A stretch of DNA of 29,678 nt from a virus (lineage: Duplodnaviria > Caudoviricetes), in IMG/VR virus record IMGVR_UViG_3300012943_000053, positions 1 to 29,678 of that record. One strand, written 5' to 3'. Of this stretch, positions 21,847 through 29,678 are shown piece after piece; position 1 is the stretch's first letter; the number at the start of each line of letters is the position of its first letter. The translations under genes and the position numbers were made by a program. A model generated the notes under the pieces. It did no database searches. It saw only the letters and a list, made by a program, of their open reading frames with translations, and had not been told where the DNA came from.

Positions 21847-24495
21847 ATGTCGGAGTCGGTAGGCGAGATCCACGTCGACGTCCACGCCGACGCGACCGGC
21901 CTCACGAGCGAGGTCGAGCGCGCGGCGGAACGGGCGTCTCGCAACGCCCAGATCGAGATGGATGCCGAGTTGACCCAGGGTGCCATCCGGCACCTGCAGC
22001 GTCAGGCGGCAGCGGCGGCGGCGCGCGCCAACGCCACGGTGGAGTTCGACGCAGATACCGACTTCGCCAGCGTCATCCGCGACGCCCGACGGGTCGCCCG
22101 GCTGGCGCGGCAGCGGGTCGAGTTCGAGGCGCACCTGAGCACGCAGGGGATCGTCTGGTCCGACGGGCTGCGCAGGTTCATCCACGACGCCGACGGGGCG
22201 GAGGTCAGCGCCCACGAACTCGACCAGGCCCTGCAGGGGCTCGGCGGCACCGTAGGGGGCCTCGGCAGGCGGTTCGGCGGCGTCGGCCAGGTCATCTCGA
22301 ACTCGGTCACCGCCTTCGCCGCCCGCGCGGTCACCCAGATCGCCGCCTTCGGCATCCTGATCGGCTCGATCATCCCCTACGTCATCGCCCTGGCGGCCTC
22401 GCTCGCCTCGGTGGTCGGCGCGGCCATCACCGCCGCCGGGTCGCTGGTCTCCGTCGGGGTGGCACTGGGCACCATCGCCGGGGCGTACGCGACCGTCATC
22501 ATCGGGACGAACGGGCTCTCGGAAGCCTTCAAGGCTCAGGACAAGGCCCTCAAAGAACTGGAGACCACGGGCAAGGTCAGCAAGAAGACCCAGGAGGAAC
22601 TCGCCGCCTCGATGGACCGGCTGTCACCCTCCGCCCGCGAGTTCGTGGACTCGGTCAACGACCTCCGCGACGCCTGGAGCGCCCTGCAGCGCACCGTCCA
22701 GCAGAACCTGTTCCTCGACATCGGCTCGTCACTGGAGCGGACCGCCAAGGTGGTGCTGCCGATCCTGCGAGAGGGCTTCGGCACGCTCGCCACGCAACTC
22801 AACAACGGGGCCATCGCCCTGCTCGCGTGGAGCCGCTCGGCGGACGGCCTGGAGACCATCTCCGGCATCTTCACGGTGATGGAGGGAGTGCTCCCCCACC
22901 TGATCGGCGCCCTCGGTTCCTTCGCCAAGGGGATCGCGAACCTGTTCATCGGGGCCGGACCCGCCGCCGTGCGGTTCTCGGCCCTGATCGAGCGCGTCGC
23001 CAAGTCCTTCGAGGAATGGACCGCCCGGATCTCCGCCGACGGCTCCCTCGACCGCTTCCTGACCCGGGCGCACCTCGCGCTGATCGCGATCGGCGACCTG
23101 GCCAAGAGCGCGGGCAAGTTCATCTTGGCCCTGCTCGACCCCGGTGGGGTGAGCGACAACGGGGTCGCCCTGATCGAGCGCATGTCCGCCGCGCTGGACG
23201 AGTTGACGACCTGGCTCAACGACCCGGCGAACCAGCCGACGATCCAGGAGTTCTGGGACCAGGTCAACGAGAACCTCGACCGGCTGGTGAAACTGGTCAC
23301 CGAGACGGACTGGGGCCAGGTGATGCGAGACCTGCAGGGGCTCGCCGATGCCCTGTGGTGGCTGGCCCGAGCGTTGCAGTTCCTCGCTGACGTCGGCGCC
23401 TTCACCAACGCGTTCTCCGTCATCAACCTCTTGAAGGACACCGACTGGGGGGCAGTCTGGGCGGGTATCCAGACCATCGAGGTGCCCGACTGGCTGACCA
23501 TCCTGACGGCGGTCCTGGCTCCGATCCCCTTCACCATCGGGGTGATCCTCGGCACGTTCGCCGAGCCGATCGGGGCGGCGTTCAACGCCTTCTTCACCGG
23601 GGTCGACCCGCCCGACTGGCTCTCCATCCTCACCGGGGTCCTGGCGCCGATCCCCTTCACGATCGGGCTGGTCCTGGGTGGGGAGGGCCCGGCGGTCCAG
23701 GCGGCGTTCGACAACATGTTCGCCAACCTTGACCCCCCGGACTGGCTGACCATAATGACCGCCATCATGGCGCCGGTCCCCGTGGCGATCGGGGTGGCCC
23801 TGGGTGGTCAGGCCGGGGCGTTCGGGGCGGCCCTGACGGCGTTCTTCGAACCCTCGCCGGGCATCGTCTCCGGGGTGGTCGCCGCGATCATCGGCCCGTT
23901 CGGCGGCCTCGCCACCCGGATTCTCGCCCCCGCTGGCGACTGGGGCGCCAGCCTGACCGGCTGGTTCTCCGGGTCGAACGGGATCGCCATCGCGACCGCC
24001 CTCAACATCATCAGCCCCTTCGGCGGGCTCGCGGTGCGGATCATCGGGAACGCGGGCAGCATCTACGACGCCTTCGTGGGCTGGTTCTCCGGGCTCGGCA
24101 GACTGGCGCAGTCGGCGGCGGACGCCATCCTCGCTCCGTTCCGGGGGCTCGGCGCGGCCATCACCAGCGCGATCGGGAACATCGACGTCCCGAGCCCGGC
24201 GGCGAAGGGTCTGATCGCGGGGGCGGCGAACGGCATCCAGGTCACCCGGGGGCCCCAGTTGCGGCTGGTCGGAGAGGCGGGCCCCGAGGCGATCGTGCCG
24301 CTGCGCCGGACCCAGATCCTCGACCCGGCGGTGAACGGGTTCTTGAAGGGCATCGCCGCCGACCGGTGGGGGACGCCGAAGGCGAAGGACGGCGGGACGA
24401 TCGCGCCGCAGATCAACCTCACGATGCCGACCGACGACCCGGAGGCGGCGGCGATGGCGGTGTGGAACCGGCTCGTGTTCGAGGGAGTGGTCTAG
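21847..24495 (+). CDS. Tape measure protein, 882 aa
   Basis: VGEIHVDV.AD N-terminus, LSPSAREFV...W..LQ..VQQNLF, Ala/Gly-rich helical repeats, C-terminal VGEAGPEAIVPL. Confidence 0.92.
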   Translation: MSESVGEIHVDVHADATGLTSEVERAAERASRNAQIEMDAELTQGAIRHLQRQAAAAAARANATVEFDADTDFASVIRDARRVARLARQRVEFEAHLSTQGIVWSDGLRRFIHDADGAEVSAHELDQALQGLGGTVGGLGRRFGGVGQVISNSVTAFAARAVTQIAAFGILIGSIIPYVIALAASLASVVGAAITAAGSLVSVGVALGTIAGAYATVIIGTNGLSEAFKAQDKALKELETTGKVSKKTQEELAASMDRLSPSAREFVDSVNDLRDAWSALQRTVQQNLFLDIGSSLERTAKVVLPILREGFGTLATQLNNGAIALLAWSRSADGLETISGIFTVMEGVLPHLIGALGSFAKGIANLFIGAGPAAVRFSALIERVAKSFEEWTARISADGSLDRFLTRAHLALIAIGDLAKSAGKFILALLDPGGVSDNGVALIERMSAALDELTTWLNDPANQPTIQEFWDQVNENLDRLVKLVTETDWGQVMRDLQGLADALWWLARALQFLADVGAFTNAFSVINLLKDTDWGAVWAGIQTIEVPDWLTILTAVLAPIPFTIGVILGTFAEPIGAAFNAFFTGVDPPDWLSILTGVLAPIPFTIGLVLGGEGPAVQAAFDNMFANLDPPDWLTIMTAIMAPVPVAIGVALGGQAGAFGAALTAFFEPSPGIVSGVVAAIIGPFGGLATRILAPAGDWGASLTGWFSGSNGIAIATALNIISPFGGLAVRIIGNAGSIYDAFVGWFSGLGRLAQSAADAILAPFRGLGAAITSAIGNIDVPSPAAKGLIAGAANGIQVTRGPQLRLVGEAGPEAIVPLRRTQILDPAVNGFLKGIAADRWGTPKAKDGGTIAPQINLTMPTDDPEAAAMAVWNRLVFEGVV
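23485..24165 (+). repeat. Tape measure internal repeats: three at 126-nt (42-aa) period, then three at 120-nt (40-aa) period
   Basis: Trp codons of PDW at 23491/23617/23743; I(I/L)xPF at 23887/24007/24127. Confidence 0.85.
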
Positions 24496-26877
24496 GTGTT
24501 CGACGGCTGGATGCAACTAGCGGGCAACGAGGTCATCAACGCCGCCCGCACGATGGCGTACGTCAACACGGGCTACATCCCGGCGGGCGTCAACGTGATG
24601 GACTGCCTGGGCTGCGACTCGCTCGCGGAGATGCTGGGCGACAAGAAGTACGAGTCCCCGATGATCGATGAGGCGCCCTGGTTCGAGTCGGGCAACCCCG
24701 ATACATGGGACTTCGCCGGAGTCCTGCCGTTGGAGATCACCGGGCTGAACGGCAGCACGCGGCGAGCCACGGTCACCGAGATGGTCAGCGACGGCGGGTC
24801 AGTGTCCGGGGTGCGGTTCGCCTCGCGCACCATCGCCGTCACCGCGCTGCTGCTGGGCAAGACGTCCTGCGCGGTCGAGGCCGGTCTGTCGTGGCTGTCG
24901 ACGGTGCTGGCCGGGTCGAAGTGCTCGGGCCCGCCCACGTCGGCGGCGCGGTCGGCCTGCGAGGGGGACGAACTCTGCGTGCTGACCTGCTGCCCGGACG
25001 AGTTGGCCGACGTCCCGATGCCCGGCCAGACCGAGATCGACGCGGTCCCGATCGGTCGCTGGGTGGGGACCGGCGGCTTCTACGACGCCACCACCGGCAC
25101 GATGGAGCCGAACGTCAAGCCGCCCGGCACGTATCGCAACCTCGTCCGCAACCCGTCGTTCGAGAGCGCCACTCCGTTCGCCTTCTGGACCGCCGACGCC
25201 GCCGCCTCCATCTCTCCCGACCTGTGGCCGTCGCGTCAGCGGAGCCACTCGGCCAAGTTGACCGGCTCCGTGGCCGCACCGGGGGTAATCGCCACGACGC
25301 TGACCGACATCGTCGCCGGGGACATCGGCAAGGTGCTGAACATGTCCCTCGCGGTCGGCGCCGGGCAGACGTCCGACGGGATGTGGTCGCAGGTGGGCGC
25401 CCGGGTCACCGTGTCCGGGCTGTCGGCCTCGCCGGTCACCAAGTTCATCGGCCTGCGCGGCGGCTCCTACGACAAGGTCAACATCTCGGTGCCGATCACC
25501 ACGGTGAGCACGCCAACCATCACGGTGACCCTGCGCAACGTGGACAACACCGGCAACGCCCCGACCGGGGCGGTGCTGTACGTGGACGCGGTGAACGCTC
25601 AGGTGGAGACGGCGCGCCGAGTGCTCGCCTACTTCGACGGCGAGACCAACGACACCCCCACTCACACCTACACCTGGGAGGGCACGCCGGAGGAGTCGGC
25701 CTCGACCGTGGTGGTGACGGCGCCCGTCGTCTCCCTCACCGGGCAGCCGATCGAGTGCATCGACGAGGCCGCCTTCGACTTCGGGGTGTCGACCATCGAG
25801 GGGCCGGTGCGGCTGCAGGCTCAGGCGCTCGCCCTCGACGGCTCGGTGCTGTGGACCGGACCCTGGCTCACTGTCAGCGGCGTGTCTCCGGCGGTGACGA
25901 TCCTGCCGGAGACCGAGTGGGGCACCTGGGTGCCCCGGCTGATCGCCGACCCCGCGCTGCCCAACGCGTTCGAGATCGCCCCGGTGCTGTCCCACGCCAA
26001 GTACAAGACGGCGCAGGAGTGTCTCGATGAGATCACCCGCTCCTTCCTCGACGTGACCACCATCGAGGGACCGACCGTGGTCGACGTGTTCGAGTCCTCC
26101 TGCGGGGAGCGGTACTACAAGGTCGAGTGGACGATGGTCGCCGGAAACCCGGCGATGCTCGGCCCGATCGTGCCCTTCGTCACCCGGATGCACTCCGACA
26201 CGGGCGGGGGGATGGTCCCGTACGCCGCCGAGTTCGCCACCGCCTACCAGGTGACCACCGGCCTCGTGGTCGACCCGGTCAACGACGTGGACACCCGCTG
26301 CCTGACCACCGAGGCATCGGCCACGCTGAACGTGTTCGACCCCTGCTGCCCCGGCTTCCTCGCGCCGCCGACGCTGCCCTACATCGCCGACACCTGCTTC
26401 GACCGCCCGACGACCTACCACCGCTCGTGGGTCCAGATCCCCAAGGACTACGCGCCCGAGATCGAGGACGGGCTCCTCTCGATGGAGGTGCTCAACGACA
26501 ACCACTCCAAGCGCGGGCTGCGGATTCGGGTCTACCCGGACCCGATCGGCAGTGGCATCTCCGGCATCTCCGAGTGCGACTTCTGCGACGAGTTCTTCAT
26601 CACCTACATCCCCCCGAACGCGACCTGGCGGCTCGACGGCCCGTCACGGCGGGTGACCACCCAGCCGACCGGGCGGATGCAGCAGATCGTCTCCTCGGCG
26701 TCGGTGCGCGGGCGCGACGGCGGGCCCTTCGACTTCCCGGCCATGCAGTGCAACACGGGCTTCCTCATCGCGGTCGACGTCCCCGACCAGTACCCCGAGA
26801 ACTGCGGGAACGACTGCGCCGGGCAGACCCAGGGTGACGTGTGGGTGTCGGTGTCGATGCGCCGGGCGTCCACGTGA
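24496..26877 (+). CDS. Minor tail protein (distal-tail/Dit-like) with inserted carbohydrate-binding-like module, 793 aa
   Basis: MFDGW..L.G.E.IN..RT..Y and D.APW N-terminus; first gene after tape measure; NLVRNPSFE...YVD...YFDG module at about 25138-25707. Confidence 0.82.
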   Translation: MFDGWMQLAGNEVINAARTMAYVNTGYIPAGVNVMDCLGCDSLAEMLGDKKYESPMIDEAPWFESGNPDTWDFAGVLPLEITGLNGSTRRATVTEMVSDGGSVSGVRFASRTIAVTALLLGKTSCAVEAGLSWLSTVLAGSKCSGPPTSAARSACEGDELCVLTCCPDELADVPMPGQTEIDAVPIGRWVGTGGFYDATTGTMEPNVKPPGTYRNLVRNPSFESATPFAFWTADAAASISPDLWPSRQRSHSAKLTGSVAAPGVIATTLTDIVAGDIGKVLNMSLAVGAGQTSDGMWSQVGARVTVSGLSASPVTKFIGLRGGSYDKVNISVPITTVSTPTITVTLRNVDNTGNAPTGAVLYVDAVNAQVETARRVLAYFDGETNDTPTHTYTWEGTPEESASTVVVTAPVVSLTGQPIECIDEAAFDFGVSTIEGPVRLQAQALALDGSVLWTGPWLTVSGVSPAVTILPETEWGTWVPRLIADPALPNAFEIAPVLSHAKYKTAQECLDEITRSFLDVTTIEGPTVVDVFESSCGERYYKVEWTMVAGNPAMLGPIVPFVTRMHSDTGGGMVPYAAEFATAYQVTTGLVVDPVNDVDTRCLTTEASATLNVFDPCCPGFLAPPTLPYIADTCFDRPTTYHRSWVQIPKDYAPEIEDGLLSMEVLNDNHSKRGLRIRVYPDPIGSGISGISECDFCDEFFITYIPPNATWRLDGPSRRVTTQPTGRMQQIVSSASVRGRDGGPFDFPAMQCNTGFLIAVDVPDQYPENCGNDCAGQTQGDVWVSVSMRRAST

Positions 26878-29429
26878 GTGTGATCCCCGGACTCGACGGC
26901 AACTGGGCCGAGAACCCGACCTGCCACACGCTCGGCGGGTGGATGAGCACCCGCGCGGCCATCCCGATGACCCTGGAGTCCGCCGCCCCGCTCACGCTGC
27001 CCCACTCGGCGACGACCACGGTCTCGGTGGCGCAGACGGGGCTGATCAGCGGCGCGCAGATCACCGGCGGGTTCGAGACGCCGGAGGACCCGAGCGACTG
27101 GGCCTCGCCGGAGTTGCGCGCCTACGAGCCGCTGCCCGACTCGGTGATGACGTGGAGCCTGACCATGCGCTGCGCGCTGGCCGCGCGAGCCGAGGTCACC
27201 CTCATCACCGTCGACGCCACCGGCACTCAGCATGATCGGGTGATCGAGGCGTTCGACCTCGTCGCCGGAGTAGCGAAGCGGGTGGGCTGCACGCTGCTCA
27301 CCACCACCGGTGCAGCGGGCGCGTTCCTGCAGGTGCTGGTGACCACGCCGACCGGCACCGGGACGGTCGCGGTGGGCACCGCGACGACCTACGACAACCT
27401 GCTGATCGAGCCCGACTCGGGCCGCGCGTGGGTGCCGCCGGACGTCAACGGCTACCACCCCGCCGGGGTCTACGATCCGGCCCGGTACTGCGACGGCGAC
27501 ACCTCCGGCTACACCTGGACGGGGGTGGTCGGCGAGTCGATCACCGTCTTGGAGGTGGTCGAGCCCGCGCCGCCGATCGTGCCACCCCCGGTGCTCGCCC
27601 CGCCGCGTCCGACCACGCTCGGCTGCGGGCAGTTGACGGCCTACCTCTACGACCGGGGCGGCCAGCAGCGGCTCTACCGGTTCGAGGCCGGTGCCGTGGT
27701 CTCGGCGGACTGGACCCGGGTGCTGTCCGACACCGGCTCCGCCACGCTCATCGTGGATGCCGCCCTGTGCGACTGCGACTGGCTCGGGCGCATCCGCGCG
27801 GTGCGCCACGAACTCGTGCTCTACCGTGACAACCAACGCGTCTGGGAGGGCCCCATTACGCGAATCGCGTACTCCCAGACGCGGGTCACGATCATCGCGA
27901 AGGACGTCTCGTGGTGGTTCCACAAGCGGGCCGTCCTACGGACGTTCGCCACCGGCAACGCGGTCAGCCTCGCTCTCGGCTACGCCCAGCAGGCGCTCGT
28001 GCACGACAACCCGAACGCCCGCGCCTTCCTGCAGGCGAACCTCAACAGGGGCGAGACGATCACCACGGCTCACAACGACGCGGACGGGTACGTCATCGAC
28101 GCCCTCGATGAACTGGTCGAGGCCGGGATCGACTGGGCCGTGCTCGGTCGGCGCGTGTTCTTCTGGGCGTCGGTCAACCCGGTCGGGCGGACCAACCTCA
28201 TCCGCACTCCGACCGACCTCGCCGCCGAGGTGACGGTGTTCGAGGACGGCGAGTCGCTGGTCACCCGTGCGTTCGCCACCGGCGGCGACACGTGGGGGGC
28301 ATCGATCCTCGCCGGAGCGGACACCACCCCCGCGACACCCGTGCCGCTGCCCGTCACGGTCAACTGGGCCGCCAACCCGTCGCTGCGGATCAACACCATC
28401 GGCTTCGCGCCCTACACCACCCGGTTCTTCACCGTCACCCGGCTCACCTCGGGCTGGGCGTCGGCGGCGGGCGGCACCTTCGGCAAGGTCGGGGTGAAGA
28501 TCCCCGGCAGCGGCCAGGCTCGGAGCGACTACAACCAGTACGAGATGGTGCTGTCGATGAAGGACCAGGAGATCGCCGTCGCGCCGGGGGAGCAGATCAG
28601 CGCGACCCTCACGGTACGGCCCACGGGGGTCAACTTCACCCGTCTCTCGCTGGCGCTGCGCGGGCGCTACAAGGACGGCACGGTGGACGACCGCCCGTTC
28701 GTCGAGGGACCGCCGGTGCAGACCAAGTCCGCCACGGATGCCCTGCTGTTCGTCGTCGGCGTGGTGCCCGACGACATGGTTGCCTGCTGGGTCGAGGTTT
28801 CCCGTGAAACATCGGAGGTGCAGTGGAAGAACGCCGCCGACGGGTTCTGGTTCGACAGGTTCGGGCTGTGGCGGGGTCGGATCGAGACATGGTTCGACGG
28901 CGACTCGGCCAAGACCGCCGACTACTCCTACACCTGGTCGAGCACGCCGGGGCAGTCGGCGTCCACGCGGTACTACCACAGCCTCGCTCCGCGCGCCCCG
29001 CAAGACTGGCCGACGGAGACGGAGTACCAGGAGCGCGTCAGTCCCTACTACGGGATCATCGATCACATCGAGGACTCCTCGATGAAGACCCGCGTCGACC
29101 TCGAAGCGGCGGCGAAGGCCACGATCATGCGCTCGTTCCCGACGCCGCTGGGCATCGACATCCCGCAGAACGCGCCACTGCTGCCCGCCGCGCCGGTCAC
29201 CATCAACGAACTCATGCCGGGAACGATCGTGCCCTTGCAGACCCGCGCCACCTGCCGCCAGGTCGGGGCGATGCCGGTGCTGGAGACGGTGAGGGCGTCT
29301 TACCGCCCCAGCGGTGAGAAGATCACCGTCACCCTGCTCACCTCGCAAGCCTGGGAGATCGACCCGCCGGTCGATCCGGGCACCGACCCGGACCTCACCG
29401 ACGACAGCGAGGGCAACCACCCGGAGTAG
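26874..29429 (+). CDS. Minor tail protein (baseplate hub/Tal-like) with two CBM-like modules, 851 aa
   Basis: GTGA overlap; LGCG...AY..DRGG, W.R...D...A and HELV..R...RVWEGPI core; C-terminal INEL.PG..VP...TCR. Confidence 0.82.
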   Translation: MSVIPGLDGNWAENPTCHTLGGWMSTRAAIPMTLESAAPLTLPHSATTTVSVAQTGLISGAQITGGFETPEDPSDWASPELRAYEPLPDSVMTWSLTMRCALAARAEVTLITVDATGTQHDRVIEAFDLVAGVAKRVGCTLLTTTGAAGAFLQVLVTTPTGTGTVAVGTATTYDNLLIEPDSGRAWVPPDVNGYHPAGVYDPARYCDGDTSGYTWTGVVGESITVLEVVEPAPPIVPPPVLAPPRPTTLGCGQLTAYLYDRGGQQRLYRFEAGAVVSADWTRVLSDTGSATLIVDAALCDCDWLGRIRAVRHELVLYRDNQRVWEGPITRIAYSQTRVTIIAKDVSWWFHKRAVLRTFATGNAVSLALGYAQQALVHDNPNARAFLQANLNRGETITTAHNDADGYVIDALDELVEAGIDWAVLGRRVFFWASVNPVGRTNLIRTPTDLAAEVTVFEDGESLVTRAFATGGDTWGASILAGADTTPATPVPLPVTVNWAANPSLRINTIGFAPYTTRFFTVTRLTSGWASAAGGTFGKVGVKIPGSGQARSDYNQYEMVLSMKDQEIAVAPGEQISATLTVRPTGVNFTRLSLALRGRYKDGTVDDRPFVEGPPVQTKSATDALLFVVGVVPDDMVACWVEVSRETSEVQWKNAADGFWFDRFGLWRGRIETWFDGDSAKTADYSYTWSSTPGQSASTRYYHSLAPRAPQDWPTETEYQERVSPYYGIIDHIEDSSMKTRVDLEAAAKATIMRSFPTPLGIDIPQNAPLLPAAPVTINELMPGTIVPLQTRATCRQVGAMPVLETVRASYRPSGEKITVTLLTSQAWEIDPPVDPGTDPDLTDDSEGNHPE

Positions 29430-29437
29430 GAGATCGC

Positions 29438-29626
29438 ATGGGGAGAGCCATCCGCCCGGCGAACTTGCAGCAGAAAGAGCGGGCCGACGCGCGGGAGCGG
29501 CGGCGGCTCCACGCTCAGGTGCGCCGCCTGCAGCAGCAGGTCGCTCAGCAGCGCCCCTACCGCGCCACACCGAACTCGGAGGAGACGGACGCGGGGGTGG
29601 TGCCGGAAGCCACTCAGGAGCCGTAG
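29438..29626 (+). CDS. Small coiled-coil hypothetical tail-region protein, 62 aa
   Basis: SD AGGAG; Gln/Arg-rich helical segment. Confidence 0.65.
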   Translation: MGRAIRPANLQQKERADARERRRLHAQVRRLQQQVAQQRPYRATPNSEETDAGVVPEATQEP

Positions 29627-29678
29627 GCTGCCCGTAGCAGGACGACCAGCCCCTCACGAGGGCCGGAGCCACAGGCCG

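Larger units (their letters stand above)
1..29678. mobile_element. Actinobacteriophage (or prophage) genome segment with siphovirus-type morphogenesis module and hexamer/pentamer-type capsid
   Basis: Ordered portal, MuF/protease, capsid, tail tube, adaptor, terminator, chaperone, tape measure and minor tail genes. Dense small unknown ORFs with 1-4 bp overlaps, high GC, no host housekeeping genes. Lytic versus temperate cannot be decided from this window. Confidence 0.95.

Noticed and set aside
10009-29672. Very long minus-strand ORFs (10009-11871, 11796-15419, 15736-18048, 18421-20262, 22729-24516, 24799-26505, 27936-29672)
   Set aside because: Antisense shadows of high-GC3 structural genes; no recognisable motifs or ribosome-binding sites.

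Overview
This window is about 29.7 kb of a high-GC (roughly 70% by eye) tailed actinobacteriophage or prophage with siphovirus-type tail genes. It has three parts. (1) 1-5260 is a leftward arm of about 16 small, mostly unknown genes, many Cys/His-rich or membrane-associated. It is driven by two near-identical sigA-type promoters and uses a repeated start-associated sequence, AGGAGTCAYC. (2) 5262-5969 is a divergent control region. It holds a phased array of 11-bp repeats and five (A/C)TAG-N5-CTAT palindromes, an extended -10 promoter feeding a 9-codon leaderless uORF coupled to a hidden 53-aa two-TM ORF, and a hairpin-rich leader. (3) 5970-29626 is rightward: 11 small accessory genes, then portal, a 1198-aa MuF / 2H-phosphoesterase / protease / repeat / protease-like fusion, hexamer- and pentamer-type capsid proteins, tail tube, adaptor, terminator, neck protein, frameshifted tail chaperones, tape measure and two large minor tail proteins. 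No terminase, integrase, lysin, tRNA or CRISPR array is visible. The best candidate for a new system is the head fusion. It looks like a self-processing polyprotein, with recurring L/V-T/V-A-A/S motifs at most domain borders and an internal SD+ATG, that could package an Acb1-like (anti-CBASS-type) 2H phosphoesterase into the virion. All family calls come from motif recognition by eye; no database search was run.
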